64,000 nucleotides of DNA, from positions 64,001-128,000 of the IMG/VR virus record IMGVR_UViG_3300049929_000026. The stretch is one strand, 5' to 3'. Source of the DNA: a virus. Below the pieces are notes generated by a model that was given only the letters and a program-made list of their open reading frames with translations, was not told the DNA's origin and ran no database searches. Below are positions 28,651 to 38,154 of this stretch, one piece after another. The translations under genes and the position numbers were made by a program. Numbering within the stretch: the first letter of the stretch is position 1; the number at the start of each line of letters is the position of its first letter.

Positions 28651-29048
28651 TCGTTTTTCCAGTCCAGTTTGGTCCATCGCCAAGTGCCATCCGGCAGCAG
28701 CACGCCCTCTGCCCTTGCGCCTGACGCCGTGACGAACTTCCCGGTCGTGACCGGTACGCCTGGTAGCACGTGGAGCTTCGGTCCGAGTGGCGATCCGTGC
28801 TTCACCCAGTCGGCATGCGCGGCTTCATAGTCGGCTCGCAATGCTCGCATCTCTTCGGCGGAGCGGTCGATGTAGTCGCCATTCTCGTCGCAGTACCAAT
28901 CCTCCGGAGGCATCGGCTCTCGTTCGTAGAACTCGCAGAGGGTGTTGCCGCTGTCGGTGTCGATCTCAAACTTCGGCAGGAATGCTTCGCCCGTTTCGGG
29001 GTGAGGCTGCTTCGGTAGGTGCCGATCAATCATGGACTGGATGCTCAT
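28647..29048 (-). CDS. hypothetical protein
   Basis: Coupled ORF in the minus-strand gene string. Confidence 0.5.
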   Translation of the reverse strand: MSIQSMIDRHLPKQPHPETGEAFLPKFEIDTDSGNTLCEFYEREPMPPEDWYCDENGDYIDRSAEEMRALRADYEAAHADWVKHGSPLGPKLHVLPGVPVTTGKFVTASGARAEGVLLPDGTWRWTKLDWKNE

Positions 29049-29824
29049 TTTGTCGCCTCGACAGGTATCGATTTCGCCATCCGCATCGCCCTAACAGCCG
29101 CATCGGCGTGGCCGGCTGCCCACTGCCGAAGCGGCTCCTCATCCCATACGAACGTTGCCTGCGTCAGCAATAGGTAGGCGTTGGCGAACGCTGCCGCCCA
29201 AACAGCTCGCTCGGTCTCACCATCTCGTAGGTCCGGTGTCCCGCGGCGCTCCGCATCTCGAATGGCATCAGCGAGCGCAGCCGTCATCTCGTTTTTGTTG
29301 AACCCGTCCCATGCCCGCATGAGACATGTCGCGCGCTCGTACCATGTTGGCGAGTTGGGATTGCTCATTCGTTGATCTTCCCGATCCGCACGCCATATTT
29401 GCTCCAGTCGAGCTTCACGAGTCTCCGCACGCCATCGTGGTTTTCCACGACCGTATAGCCAGGAGGCGGAGTGAGCTCGAACTTGCCGGCTACTAGTTTC
29501 GCCGTCCAGCCAGCTACACCTGACGCCTGGTCGTATTGTGCCGCGACCTGCGCCTCCGTGATTACGCCAAACTCCGGGCGCATCGTCATTCGGTCCCCGC
29601 ATCTGGTTCGCGATCGTACTTGCTCGGCCCGGGATCGGCGATTGGAACGGCTACTCCCGCGCGATCAAAACCGACCGCGTGACGAACTTCGGCGAGCCGC
29701 TCTTCAACGCTCACCTGCCACTCTTCGAATGCCTGAAGTGCGTCATCCACCTCGACCCTATAGAAGTCCATTTGGTTGGCTTTCGCTCGTTCGCTAGCCA
29801 GCCGGTGGGCTCGTTCGCTGATTT

Positions 29825-30745
29825 TCACGGCTCATCCTCTCCACTGCACTCCCAGGGGTGCGCCCTCGCCAGCTCTCGACTCGAAGCTGTGCTTCTCGGC
29901 CTCTCCCTCGCGTCAGCGCGGAGCATGCGGGCGCGGGCTTCGGCTTGTCCGCGCTGATTGTCGGTAAGGCGTCGAACATCGTCCTCGCTCAGCCCGTATT
30001 CACGGTGCGCACAGTAGGCGCAGCAGTCGAGCGGGCCAGGAGCCGTTGGGCTTGAGCAATCTCGGCAGGTCGGCGAATCAAGCCGCGCTTCCTTCAAAAG
30101 GCCACCGACAACACCGGCTAGCGTCGACCCTTCGCCCCACGCCTTGTCCGCGTCAGCCTGCGTGTGGATTGGTGTGATGTCAGCCCCTTCCTGGATCGGC
30201 ACGGTGCTCCAGTCGATATCGGAAGCGAACGTGACCTGCACATAACCGGCACGGTCGCTCCACCACTCACCCAGATACACTGGGCGCCCATCAATCGTTC
30301 TTGACAGCACGGCCTGGTGATTCAATGCACAATAGCCAGCTGCCATGACTCCCGCCGGCAGCGTCTCCGGCAACACCGCAGGCTGGGATCCATAGAACTT
30401 AGGGCTACGCGCAACGGTCGGAGCGGCGTTCGACTTGATCACCGCTGCGACGTTGCATGCAATCGCTCCCGGAGAATCGCCCGCGCAGATTGCGACTCGA
30501 ATTTTTGATCCCGATGGTGTAAGCGGCGTGTCAATCCAGCCGAATCGGTTTCCTCGGTGTTGTGCCTCATGATGACCATCGTGCCCTGTGCTACGGCAAC
30601 AGCGCTCGCCATCTAGCGTGCTCCGGCAGCCAGCAATGGCCTCGCCATCGCCGATGCGCAGCTCTTTGTTGACGTCGGACGTATCCATTGCCTCGATACG
30701 GCGCCCGCCAACGTAGAGCTCGAAGTTTCTTGGGTTGATGCTCAT
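29825..30745 (-). CDS. modular Cys/His-rich protein (paralog of 32106-33266)
   Basis: Shared CC..GH.G.HE, C-terminal CxxC..CAYC and HPWE motifs. Confidence 0.6.
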   Translation of the reverse strand: MSINPRNFELYVGGRRIEAMDTSDVNKELRIGDGEAIAGCRSTLDGERCCRSTGHDGHHEAQHRGNRFGWIDTPLTPSGSKIRVAICAGDSPGAIACNVAAVIKSNAAPTVARSPKFYGSQPAVLPETLPAGVMAAGYCALNHQAVLSRTIDGRPVYLGEWWSDRAGYVQVTFASDIDWSTVPIQEGADITPIHTQADADKAWGEGSTLAGVVGGLLKEARLDSPTCRDCSSPTAPGPLDCCAYCAHREYGLSEDDVRRLTDNQRGQAEARARMLRADARERPRSTASSRELARAHPWECSGEDEP

Positions 30746-31116
30746 CGAAGACTCCTAGGTATGCGCACGCCGTACGCCGAGTAAATGATCTTCATCGTGT
30801 CAGTTATGCTACGACATGCAGGCCTGTCCGCGAGGCCCGCACACCGCACAAGATGCCGCCGTAATTCTTTACGCCAGCGAGCTCCGCCCTTCTTCTGCCG
30901 GCGTGTATGGCGCGACAGCTGGTCTAACAGCTTTTGCATTGCCCCCATGTCTTCTGCGGTGAATTGAACGGGGACCGTGAAGGTGATTGGCTTCGCCGAA
31001 AGAATCCCGTACTTCCCGAGCGGCTTTAGGCCTTCAGTTCCGATTTGGAAATTCGCGGCCGGAATGCGCTCGCCGTTGAAGTAGAGCGCCATGTCGCCCG
31101 GTTGATAGATGCTCAT
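30742..31116 (-). CDS. hypothetical protein
   Basis: Coupled ORF starting MSIYQPGDMALYFNG. Confidence 0.5.
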   Translation of the reverse strand: MSIYQPGDMALYFNGERIPAANFQIGTEGLKPLGKYGILSAKPITFTVPVQFTAEDMGAMQKLLDQLSRHTRRQKKGGARWRKELRRHLVRCAGLADRPACRSITDTMKIIYSAYGVRIPRSLR

Positions 31117-32105
31117 CGTCGGGTCTCGTTGACTTGGATGCCTATCTGATGTCGCAGCTTTAGCCATCCGGCTGGCGGCCTAAGTACCCAATCAGCGCCG
31201 TCGATCTCCACGTCCCAACCGGGCGGCGGCATGATGCGCATCTGGTTTTGGACCAACTGCACCGCCCATCCTGCGACACCGGTCCGGCGAACAAGGAAAG
31301 CCTCAACCAGTGACGGGTAAGCGAAGCCCGCTGGGGGCGCTGCGGCGCCAGGCTTGGGATTTTCGCAGACGCGCGGGTGATTGCGTTCAAAGTCCCCGAA
31401 GATGCTCGCCATGCTTGTGCGGATCAATTCTTCGCGCTCGGCGCGCTCTGCGATTTCTCCGTCGGCTAAGCCGCCGCTTTTCCCGCATGCCGCATCGAGC
31501 AAGTCACCTATGGTCTTCATGCGCACGTCTCCAGCACGATTCGGATCGTTCCAGGCGGGACGTCCGTCGCACGTCGGGTTACGATCTCATGCGCGACGCA
31601 GATTGGAAGGCCGTCATGCACAGCGGTTTCGATCATGTAGGCGACGTGTGCAGCGGAACCGCCGGTGTCGTAGTAGGGACTGCGCTGAATTGGACGAGCC
31701 GTCCGCCAGAGTGTGAAGCGGTGCCATTGCTTTCGCAGCCAGCGAATCACGTGGCCTCCGAGGCGGTGAGTTGCGCAGCCGCCAAGCGCTGGCGCCGGCT
31801 GCTGTCTCCGCCGTTGTCAGGCCGCGCCGCAGCGACCTGCCTGAGCATACTGCCTCGCTCCTCGTCACTGGCGGCCTTCACAAGCCGGCAGTGCGTGGCT
31901 TTCGCTGTCGTCTCTGGCCATCCTGCGGGCAGGACGTCGTTCCCCCGCTGGTCGCAAGCCAGCATCTCTCCCGATGGTGCATGTAGGATGTGATCACCTG
32001 CGCGGAAGGTCTGAAACAGGGCTGCGGCTTCGCAGTTTCGGAGGTCCTCTAAGGCGCTCTCTAGCCGGTGCTCAAGTAGTTCACGGTCAGTGAGTGGCTC
32101 GATGC

Positions 32106-33266
32106 TCATGAATCGGCTCCAGGTACAGACCACGCTTCCCACGGATGGGGGAGCGCCGCTTCGCGAGACGACTTCGTTGCTCTTGGCTTCTCGGCTGCCA
32201 GCGCTGCCTCATTGCGGGCGCGGGCTGCAACCTGTCCCGGCTTCTCGTCTGTTCGCTGGCGCGCCATCTCGTCGATATTCTCATCCTCTCCGTCTCGATT
32301 GAAGCAGTAGGCGCACCATGCCGATTTTGTCGCTGGGCTACTACAGCCACGGCAGGGCACTCCCTTCGTCGGCTTGTCCTCAACCTTGGTGACCGTGAAG
32401 CCGATCTCTCCACTGCCGGCTGGTCGAAGTACCCGCACGAACGCAGCGCCGCGAAAGAATGCTTCCCTGTATGGATTAGAGAACGTTTTGCCGAATTGAG
32501 CGACGAGTTCGTCATAGCTGTAGAACGTCAGGATGTCCGCTGCCTGCGTGGTGCGCACACCTTGCGCCGAATAGTCTGGCAGGCTTGGCAGCGCGGGTAG
32601 AGCCAGCGCCATCGGTGGATATCGGGGCGACACGGGAACAGGGATGCCTCCCAGGGTAATTCGATCGGCGAGATATTCCCTCGAGGGGACGTCGCTCGGT
32701 TTGACAGCAACGCCCATCAGTCTCGCGCCCTCAGCAGGTGCCGCGCCGATTTGCTTGGACAACGGCGGAACGGCATCCAGGTCTGGGCGAACGGCGCGAA
32801 TGCACGCAGCGAAGCTGTCCGCGATCGTTTTCGGCGTGTCGCCCGCGCGGATCGCAACCATGATCTGACTCCCACTCGGGGTGCGAGTGTCGCTCCAGCC
32901 GAGCCGATTGCCTGTCGATTGGGACTCGTGCTGGCCAGCGTGGCCGGCGTCGTGACAGCACAGCGACCCGTCGTCATGCCGACTCGGACAGGCGCGCTGC
33001 TTCGCACTCGGGACCAGCACAGTACCCCAGTCCACGCTTTCGGCATCAGCTCCCCATGTGTGCGCTGGAGTGTGCGCTCCTGGAGCCCCTGACTCCGTTG
33101 TACAGTTCAGGATGTCGAACGTCGCAACGTGATCATAGCGGCCCTGCCCCGTTGCGTGGGCGCGCGCCGGCTCAAGCAGCCTATAGCGGCCCCTGTACAT
33201 GCTCCCAGCCGGCAGCACGCCAGGGAGAACCTTGGGGCGCGTTCCGTAAAATCTTTCTTGGGCCAT
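32106..33266 (-). CDS. modular Cys/His-rich protein (paralog of 29825-30745)
   Basis: Same motifs as the paralog; AAGGA RBS. Confidence 0.6.
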   Translation of the reverse strand: MAQERFYGTRPKVLPGVLPAGSMYRGRYRLLEPARAHATGQGRYDHVATFDILNCTTESGAPGAHTPAHTWGADAESVDWGTVLVPSAKQRACPSRHDDGSLCCHDAGHAGQHESQSTGNRLGWSDTRTPSGSQIMVAIRAGDTPKTIADSFAACIRAVRPDLDAVPPLSKQIGAAPAEGARLMGVAVKPSDVPSREYLADRITLGGIPVPVSPRYPPMALALPALPSLPDYSAQGVRTTQAADILTFYSYDELVAQFGKTFSNPYREAFFRGAAFVRVLRPAGSGEIGFTVTKVEDKPTKGVPCRGCSSPATKSAWCAYCFNRDGEDENIDEMARQRTDEKPGQVAARARNEAALAAEKPRATKSSREAALPHPWEAWSVPGADS

Positions 33267-33440
33267 GTTCTATTCCTTCTTGCTCCACAGCGCGTCACTG
33301 GTCTTGGATGCTTCGACGCGAATATGGCAGCCGTTGGAGCAGACGGCGGACATATTCGGCATTCCAGCCGTGAACCCGACGGCTCCGCTGGTTAGCCATT
33401 TTATGTTGATGTCGTCCATTTGGTTCAACTTTCTTTTGTT

Positions 33441-33674
33441 TCAGGGGAGAGGTTCGCCTGCAATCGTCTCGTCTGTGTAGGTGAAGCGCTGCCCACAAGA
33501 GACGCAGCGGTCATCACGAGTGAGCCACATCGTCTTCTGGTCTCGGCGCACCAGCAGCAGCCCATCGGGACAGGCCGGGCACCGCGCCTTATAGGCGCTT
33601 TCCGATGACCACTTGCTGAGCGAGGCGTGAGAGACCCGGATCGGTTCTCGGTCGATGTTGGTTGGGAGCGGCAT
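33441..33674 (-). CDS. zinc-ribbon protein
   Basis: CPAC...CVSC. Confidence 0.55.
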   Translation of the reverse strand: MPLPTNIDREPIRVSHASLSKWSSESAYKARCPACPDGLLLVRRDQKTMWLTRDDRCVSCGQRFTYTDETIAGEPLP

Positions 33675-35116
33675 CAGAATAGACTCCTCTGCGCCGGCTC
33701 GTCGCCGGTCAAGCGCGCTGGGTCGGCGTCCGTCGATGTCGGCCGATAGCCACCGCCAATCACCCAAGCAATGCGTTTGCGCGCAACGCGAACGAATGGC
33801 TCGCCCTTTGAGTTATTCAACTCGATCCCAAAATATCGGAAGCCCTCCAGAACAGCCGCCACGCCACCGCTCCCTGAGCCGCAGAATGGATCAAGCACGA
33901 TGCCATGCCGTACTGGCGTGACCAGTCTCGTCAGATAGCGCAACAGGGCCACAGGCTTCGGTGTTGGATGCGGGTTCTTGCCGTCAAGCCCCGCGTTCTT
34001 CTCCGCCTTGCTGGCCTTCGTCTCGAACCGAAAACGAGCTACGTCATCCAATTCAGTCCATTCGGACTGGTGAAAAAACCGCGAAGCCGTGCCGGAGTCT
34101 CCGTAGGTTGCGCTTGTGATGGTCCGCGGAAAGGCGCCCCCGTAGCCGCCATCGGTCGAACGCTCCGTCCCCGCGGGCATCAGGACTGATGCCCGGTCGC
34201 CGCTCTGCATGTCCAGCTCACGCACAGGGCACCCGTCCTGACAGTCGTATTCCGCGACGACTTCCTCTGCGTGTCGGACCTGCGACACCGCTGCGCCTGT
34301 AAACGCACTGGGCTCCGTGTCTCGATTCGGCGTGTCCCAAGTTGGATTGGCTTTTACAGTCTTTGTGCCTACGGGTCGACAGCCCGGGGCGTGAGTCAGT
34401 AGCGTGTTCGCTGGCCATCGGCCACCGGCGTGAACGTCATTCGCTCCGCTCAAATCTGAGCTGTTCTTCCAACTCGCGTCCATGGATCCGCCACGCGCTT
34501 TGACAGCTTTCACCTGCGCCTCATGCGCGGCCAGATCGGCTGGCGATGCATGAGCGATGCGGCTGTCGTCGATGTTCAGGCCACCTGTGCCCCACTTGGC
34601 ATGGTTCGCCGTCGTGGTGCCTTCGGGCTTCTTGCGCGCCACGATGATCGGCTCGAAGGAAGGCTTGAGTCCAGTCCCGATCCCGCCGCCAAAATTGCGG
34701 CTCTTGGGCATTCCAGAGGCGTAGTGCCAAGCGAGTCCGTCGCGGATCTCGAATCCGGCGTCTTCGATCGCGCAGCCGATACGGTGTGCTGTTCTCGACC
34801 CACCGAACGCAAGCAGGTACGCGCCTGGCTTCAATACACGCAACACGGCCGCCCATGTCTCCGGTCGAAATGCGATGTCTCCGCCGTCCCAGACACGCCC
34901 CATGAAACCCTTGGAACCGATGGCGTGCCGGCCAAACGGCGACTCTGGATTGTTCGTGCGCGCGGATCCGCCGCGACTCGCGCTCGTCAGATGATAAGGC
35001 GGATCACACACACACGAATCGCATGAACTATCTGGAAGAAGCGGGAGCACGTCGAGCATCGATCCATGCTCGATCGCCCAACGTTCCGCACCACTGAGAA
35101 CCTTTTTCCAGCCCAT
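33674..35116 (-). CDS. DNA N4-cytosine/N6-adenine methyltransferase (beta class)
   Basis: DPPY near the N-terminus; HPTPKP and LDPFCGSGS near the C-terminus. Confidence 0.92.
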   Translation of the reverse strand: MGWKKVLSGAERWAIEHGSMLDVLPLLPDSSCDSCVCDPPYHLTSASRGGSARTNNPESPFGRHAIGSKGFMGRVWDGGDIAFRPETWAAVLRVLKPGAYLLAFGGSRTAHRIGCAIEDAGFEIRDGLAWHYASGMPKSRNFGGGIGTGLKPSFEPIIVARKKPEGTTTANHAKWGTGGLNIDDSRIAHASPADLAAHEAQVKAVKARGGSMDASWKNSSDLSGANDVHAGGRWPANTLLTHAPGCRPVGTKTVKANPTWDTPNRDTEPSAFTGAAVSQVRHAEEVVAEYDCQDGCPVRELDMQSGDRASVLMPAGTERSTDGGYGGAFPRTITSATYGDSGTASRFFHQSEWTELDDVARFRFETKASKAEKNAGLDGKNPHPTPKPVALLRYLTRLVTPVRHGIVLDPFCGSGSGGVAAVLEGFRYFGIELNNSKGEPFVRVARKRIAWVIGGGYRPTSTDADPARLTGDEPAQRSLF

Positions 35117-36051
35117 CAGCCTACCGCCTTCTCAGCGGTCACTTGACCACTATGCAGCCCTAGTTCCTCATCAAGCCAGCGTAAGAAGTCTCGCGGTGTC
35201 CGCTCCAGCGCGACCTTCCGCACCTCGCCAAGAATCTGCAGCCGGTACTCCGCGCGCTCGGACTGCAGCCGAGTGGCGCGCGTCACCTGGGCGTCGGGGG
35301 CGGGTACGTTCTGGCCGGCTTTGAGCGCCTTGTTGGTTGCAGCTCGGGCACGGTCCCCGGCAAGGCAGGTGTTGCAGCGGCGCCCAGGCTTCCTGTCCTG
35401 CTTCCTGCCGCACCATGGGCAGCAGCCCTCGCTGGTCATCTTGGCCCGGTGGCGAGCCTGCGCCAGCCGGCAGTAAGCGTTCCACGCTAGCCGCCCGGCT
35501 TCCTTTTGGTCGTAGGCCTCGACGTACAGAAACTGGCGCTCGCCAGCCTCGCCTCGGTGCTCCACCGCCGTGCAGCTGAGCACGCTGCCCTTGGCGTCGA
35601 GTTCGAGCCGCCACCAGCGGAGAACCCGGCTCACGTAGACCTGGACAGGCTCAGGGACGACGCGCAGCACCGGCGCTGGCTCCGCGTGCTCTGGCGCGAT
35701 GGGGTAGGCCTTCAGGTTCGGGTTCGGCTTTCCGATCCGCTCCAACTTTCGCTTCGCTTTGCAGTCGTCGCATGACGCTGTGTATCCGCGCTTTTCTTTC
35801 TCGCGGAGGACAACACCGAAATCCACGAAGCGTTCGCCGCATGCACAGATGCACCGCCAGCGGGCGTTACCGTCACCGTTCGGCTCTCTGGCTTCAACCA
35901 TGCAGCCAGCAACGGTGGTGCCCGACATGTCGACCAGATTGGCGCGCCTGGTGGTAGGGATGGTCTCCGGGTCTTTCTTCACCGTTGGCTTGCCGTGGCA
36001 GCCCCCTGGGCACAGGACGGAGGCAGGTTCGAAGCCGTGTTCGCATCTCAT
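35116..36051 (-). CDS. Cys-rich protein with HNH-associated N-terminal module
   Basis: DMSGTTVAG...RWRCICACG and several CxxC pairs. Confidence 0.55.
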   Translation of the reverse strand: MRCEHGFEPASVLCPGGCHGKPTVKKDPETIPTTRRANLVDMSGTTVAGCMVEAREPNGDGNARWRCICACGERFVDFGVVLREKEKRGYTASCDDCKAKRKLERIGKPNPNLKAYPIAPEHAEPAPVLRVVPEPVQVYVSRVLRWWRLELDAKGSVLSCTAVEHRGEAGERQFLYVEAYDQKEAGRLAWNAYCRLAQARHRAKMTSEGCCPWCGRKQDRKPGRRCNTCLAGDRARAATNKALKAGQNVPAPDAQVTRATRLQSERAEYRLQILGEVRKVALERTPRDFLRWLDEELGLHSGQVTAEKAVG

Positions 36052-36488
36052 CGCGCGTTGCCCTTCTCGAGCTTCGCTAGCCGCTTTGCCTCGCGCAGGG
36101 CTTTCCCGTTCGCCTTAGAGCATGGCTTACAACAGAGTACCTGACCTGCGCGCGCCGCTGACATCAGCATCGTGCCGTCGACAATCTGCGGGTGCCCACA
36201 CGACATCACGCAATGAAAACGCGAGTTCGCTGTCGCATCCGCCGCCATCCTGTCAACAGCGCAGCCTGCGACCGTTTTCCCCGCGAGGTCGAGTGTCCGT
36301 GACGGTTTCTGAATGCCGAGCGAAGCATTCGACGTATGGGCGCGTGCGGTCGCTGCGGACTGCTCTGGATTCGCTGATTCGCCCTGGAGAGCTCGGATCG
36401 CTTCTGGGTTGCAGAACGGGCAGGGGGTCGATGCTCCTTCGAGCCTCCAGCCGTGGCGGCAGTTCAGTATTTTCGGCGATGCGCTCAC
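36048..36488 (-). CDS. Cys-rich protein (paralog of 35116-36051 N-half)
   Basis: CRHG...CP; DLAGKTVAGC...RFHCVMSCG. Confidence 0.5.
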   Translation of the reverse strand: MSASPKILNCRHGWRLEGASTPCPFCNPEAIRALQGESANPEQSAATARAHTSNASLGIQKPSRTLDLAGKTVAGCAVDRMAADATANSRFHCVMSCGHPQIVDGTMLMSAARAGQVLCCKPCSKANGKALREAKRLAKLEKGNAR

Positions 36489-36532
36489 GGTCGGGAGTCT
36501 TTCATGGTGGCTAGGGCGGTCAACTGACAACT

Positions 36533-37405
36533 TTACAAGGTACGAAATCGATCTTTGACCTCGGCAACGAAGTTGTTGAACTCGCGCGTCGCGGTCAGGT
36601 CGGGCTGCCAAGCAAGCCCTTGCTCAATGAGGTTGTAGGTGGCCTTGATCGTCGCCCCTGGGATGGGCGCCCCACTCGCGTCTCGGTCGCGCCCGAACAG
36701 CCACAGCGTGTCCGAGATTGCTACCAGGCTAGCGATGTCGTGGGCAACCACGAAGATGGTGTTTCGCTCGTCAAGGTTCGCCACCTGTACGATGAGCTCG
36801 CAGACTTTGTCCTTCATCAGCGGGTCGAGCCCTGTGAACGGCTCGTCCATCACCACGAAGTGCTCGGAGCAGAGCAGCTCCTGGATGATGCTCACGCGCT
36901 GTCGCTGCCCGCCGGAAAGCTGCGCCGGGTAGAGGGCGGCCTTGTCCGTCAGTCCGAAGCGTTCGAGATACTCGCTCACCTTGGCTGGGCGCCCCGCCTT
37001 GGGTTGGTGCTCAAGAGCGACCAGCAGATTGCCGCGCACCGTGCGGTGCTCGAAGAGCGGATAGTTCTGAGCCACCATTCCCACGACGCCGGCGCGCACC
37101 GGCTTTTGAACGCGCTTGCCGCTCTCCTCTACCTCGACGGAAACCGTCCCCGTCGTCGGCTGCTGCAGCCCGCACAGGATCCGGCTGAACAAAGTCTTGC
37201 CCACCCCGCTCGGTCCCAAGATCCCAACGATCTGACCCTGGCAAACGCCGGGGCGCACGATGTCGCGCACTTCGGCCGTAATCGGTTTGAGGATGGTCGT
37301 GTCGCCGAGCTTCAGCGAGACGTTGCTGACGCTGACCAGTACCTCTTTTCGCTCATAGGGTAGAGGGATCACGATCGCTCCAGCGTCAGTCGCGAATATG
37401 GGCAC
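36533..37405 (-). CDS. ABC transporter ATP-binding subunit (TauB/SsuB-like)
   Basis: GPSGVGKT, LSGGQRQR, MDEPFTGLD and H-loop VAHD. Confidence 0.92.
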   Translation of the reverse strand: MPIFATDAGAIVIPLPYERKEVLVSVSNVSLKLGDTTILKPITAEVRDIVRPGVCQGQIVGILGPSGVGKTLFSRILCGLQQPTTGTVSVEVEESGKRVQKPVRAGVVGMVAQNYPLFEHRTVRGNLLVALEHQPKAGRPAKVSEYLERFGLTDKAALYPAQLSGGQRQRVSIIQELLCSEHFVVMDEPFTGLDPLMKDKVCELIVQVANLDERNTIFVVAHDIASLVAISDTLWLFGRDRDASGAPIPGATIKATYNLIEQGLAWQPDLTATREFNNFVAEVKDRFRTL

Positions 37406-38154
37406 ACGAATCCCTGCAGCATAGAGATCGCAGCGTCCTGAAGCGTCCCGACGACGGAGACGACAAGCAGGGCAGCGAACACCGCGTCGAGCTGGAAGTG
37501 TTTCCCATAGTCGATCATCAGCACGCCGACGCCGCCGCCGGATCGCACGAGCCCCTCGACCATCGTCAACATTGCCCAGCCCATTGCAGCGTTCTGCCGC
37601 GTCACCTCGAAAGCATCCGACGCCCTGCCCAAGATGACGACCTCCCAGACAGCCCGCCAGTCGCCCATGCGCAGCGAGCGTGCCTGATCAAACGCCGACC
37701 TCGGGATCGAGGCCACGATAGAAGCCATCGACGTAACCTGAAACACGGTCATCCCGAAGGTGAGCAGCGCGATCTTCAGTGGGTCACCGCCACCGAACGC
37801 GATGGTGAAGACCACGATGAGCCCAGGCAGGCTCAGAAAACGGGCTTTCCCCACGACGACAGCCAGCGGGCGCAGCGCGGCGACGACCGTCAGGTAGGAC
37901 AACGCGAGCGAGATCAGTGTCGACAGCAGTAGAGCTTCGAGGTTCACCCGCATGCTATGGAACACGAGCTCATAGAGCAGCCCATCGTCCCGACACAGCC
38001 GGGCGAGCGCGGACAAGATCTGAAGCGGCGAAGGGAGCAGGATCGCTGAGCCGAGGGTCCAGGCGGCGAGAGCGAATAGCGCCCAGGCTGCCCAGATCAT
38101 CGTCAGCGCGGTCCCCGTCACCGATCGATTCGGTCTCAGGGCATCGAGCATCAC
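37369..38154 (-). CDS. ABC transporter permease (TauC/SsuC-like)
   Basis: Several TM helices, LPSP, EAA-like DQARSLRM, and VEGLVRSGGGVG. Confidence 0.85.
   Translation of the reverse strand: MMLDALRPNRSVTGTALTMIWAAWALFALAAWTLGSAILLPSPLQILSALARLCRDDGLLYELVFHSMRVNLEALLLSTLISLALSYLTVVAALRPLAVVVGKARFLSLPGLIVVFTIAFGGGDPLKIALLTFGMTVFQVTSMASIVASIPRSAFDQARSLRMGDWRAVWEVVILGRASDAFEVTRQNAAMGWAMLTMVEGLVRSGGGVGVLMIDYGKHFQLDAVFAALLVVSVVGTLQDAAISMLQGFVCPYSRLTLERS

Noticed and set aside
34227-34239. 13-nt exact match (GGGCACCCGTCCT) to the array spacer inside the N4/N6 methyltransferase
   Set aside because: Too short and GC-rich, misses the first three spacer bases and does not extend; compatible with chance.
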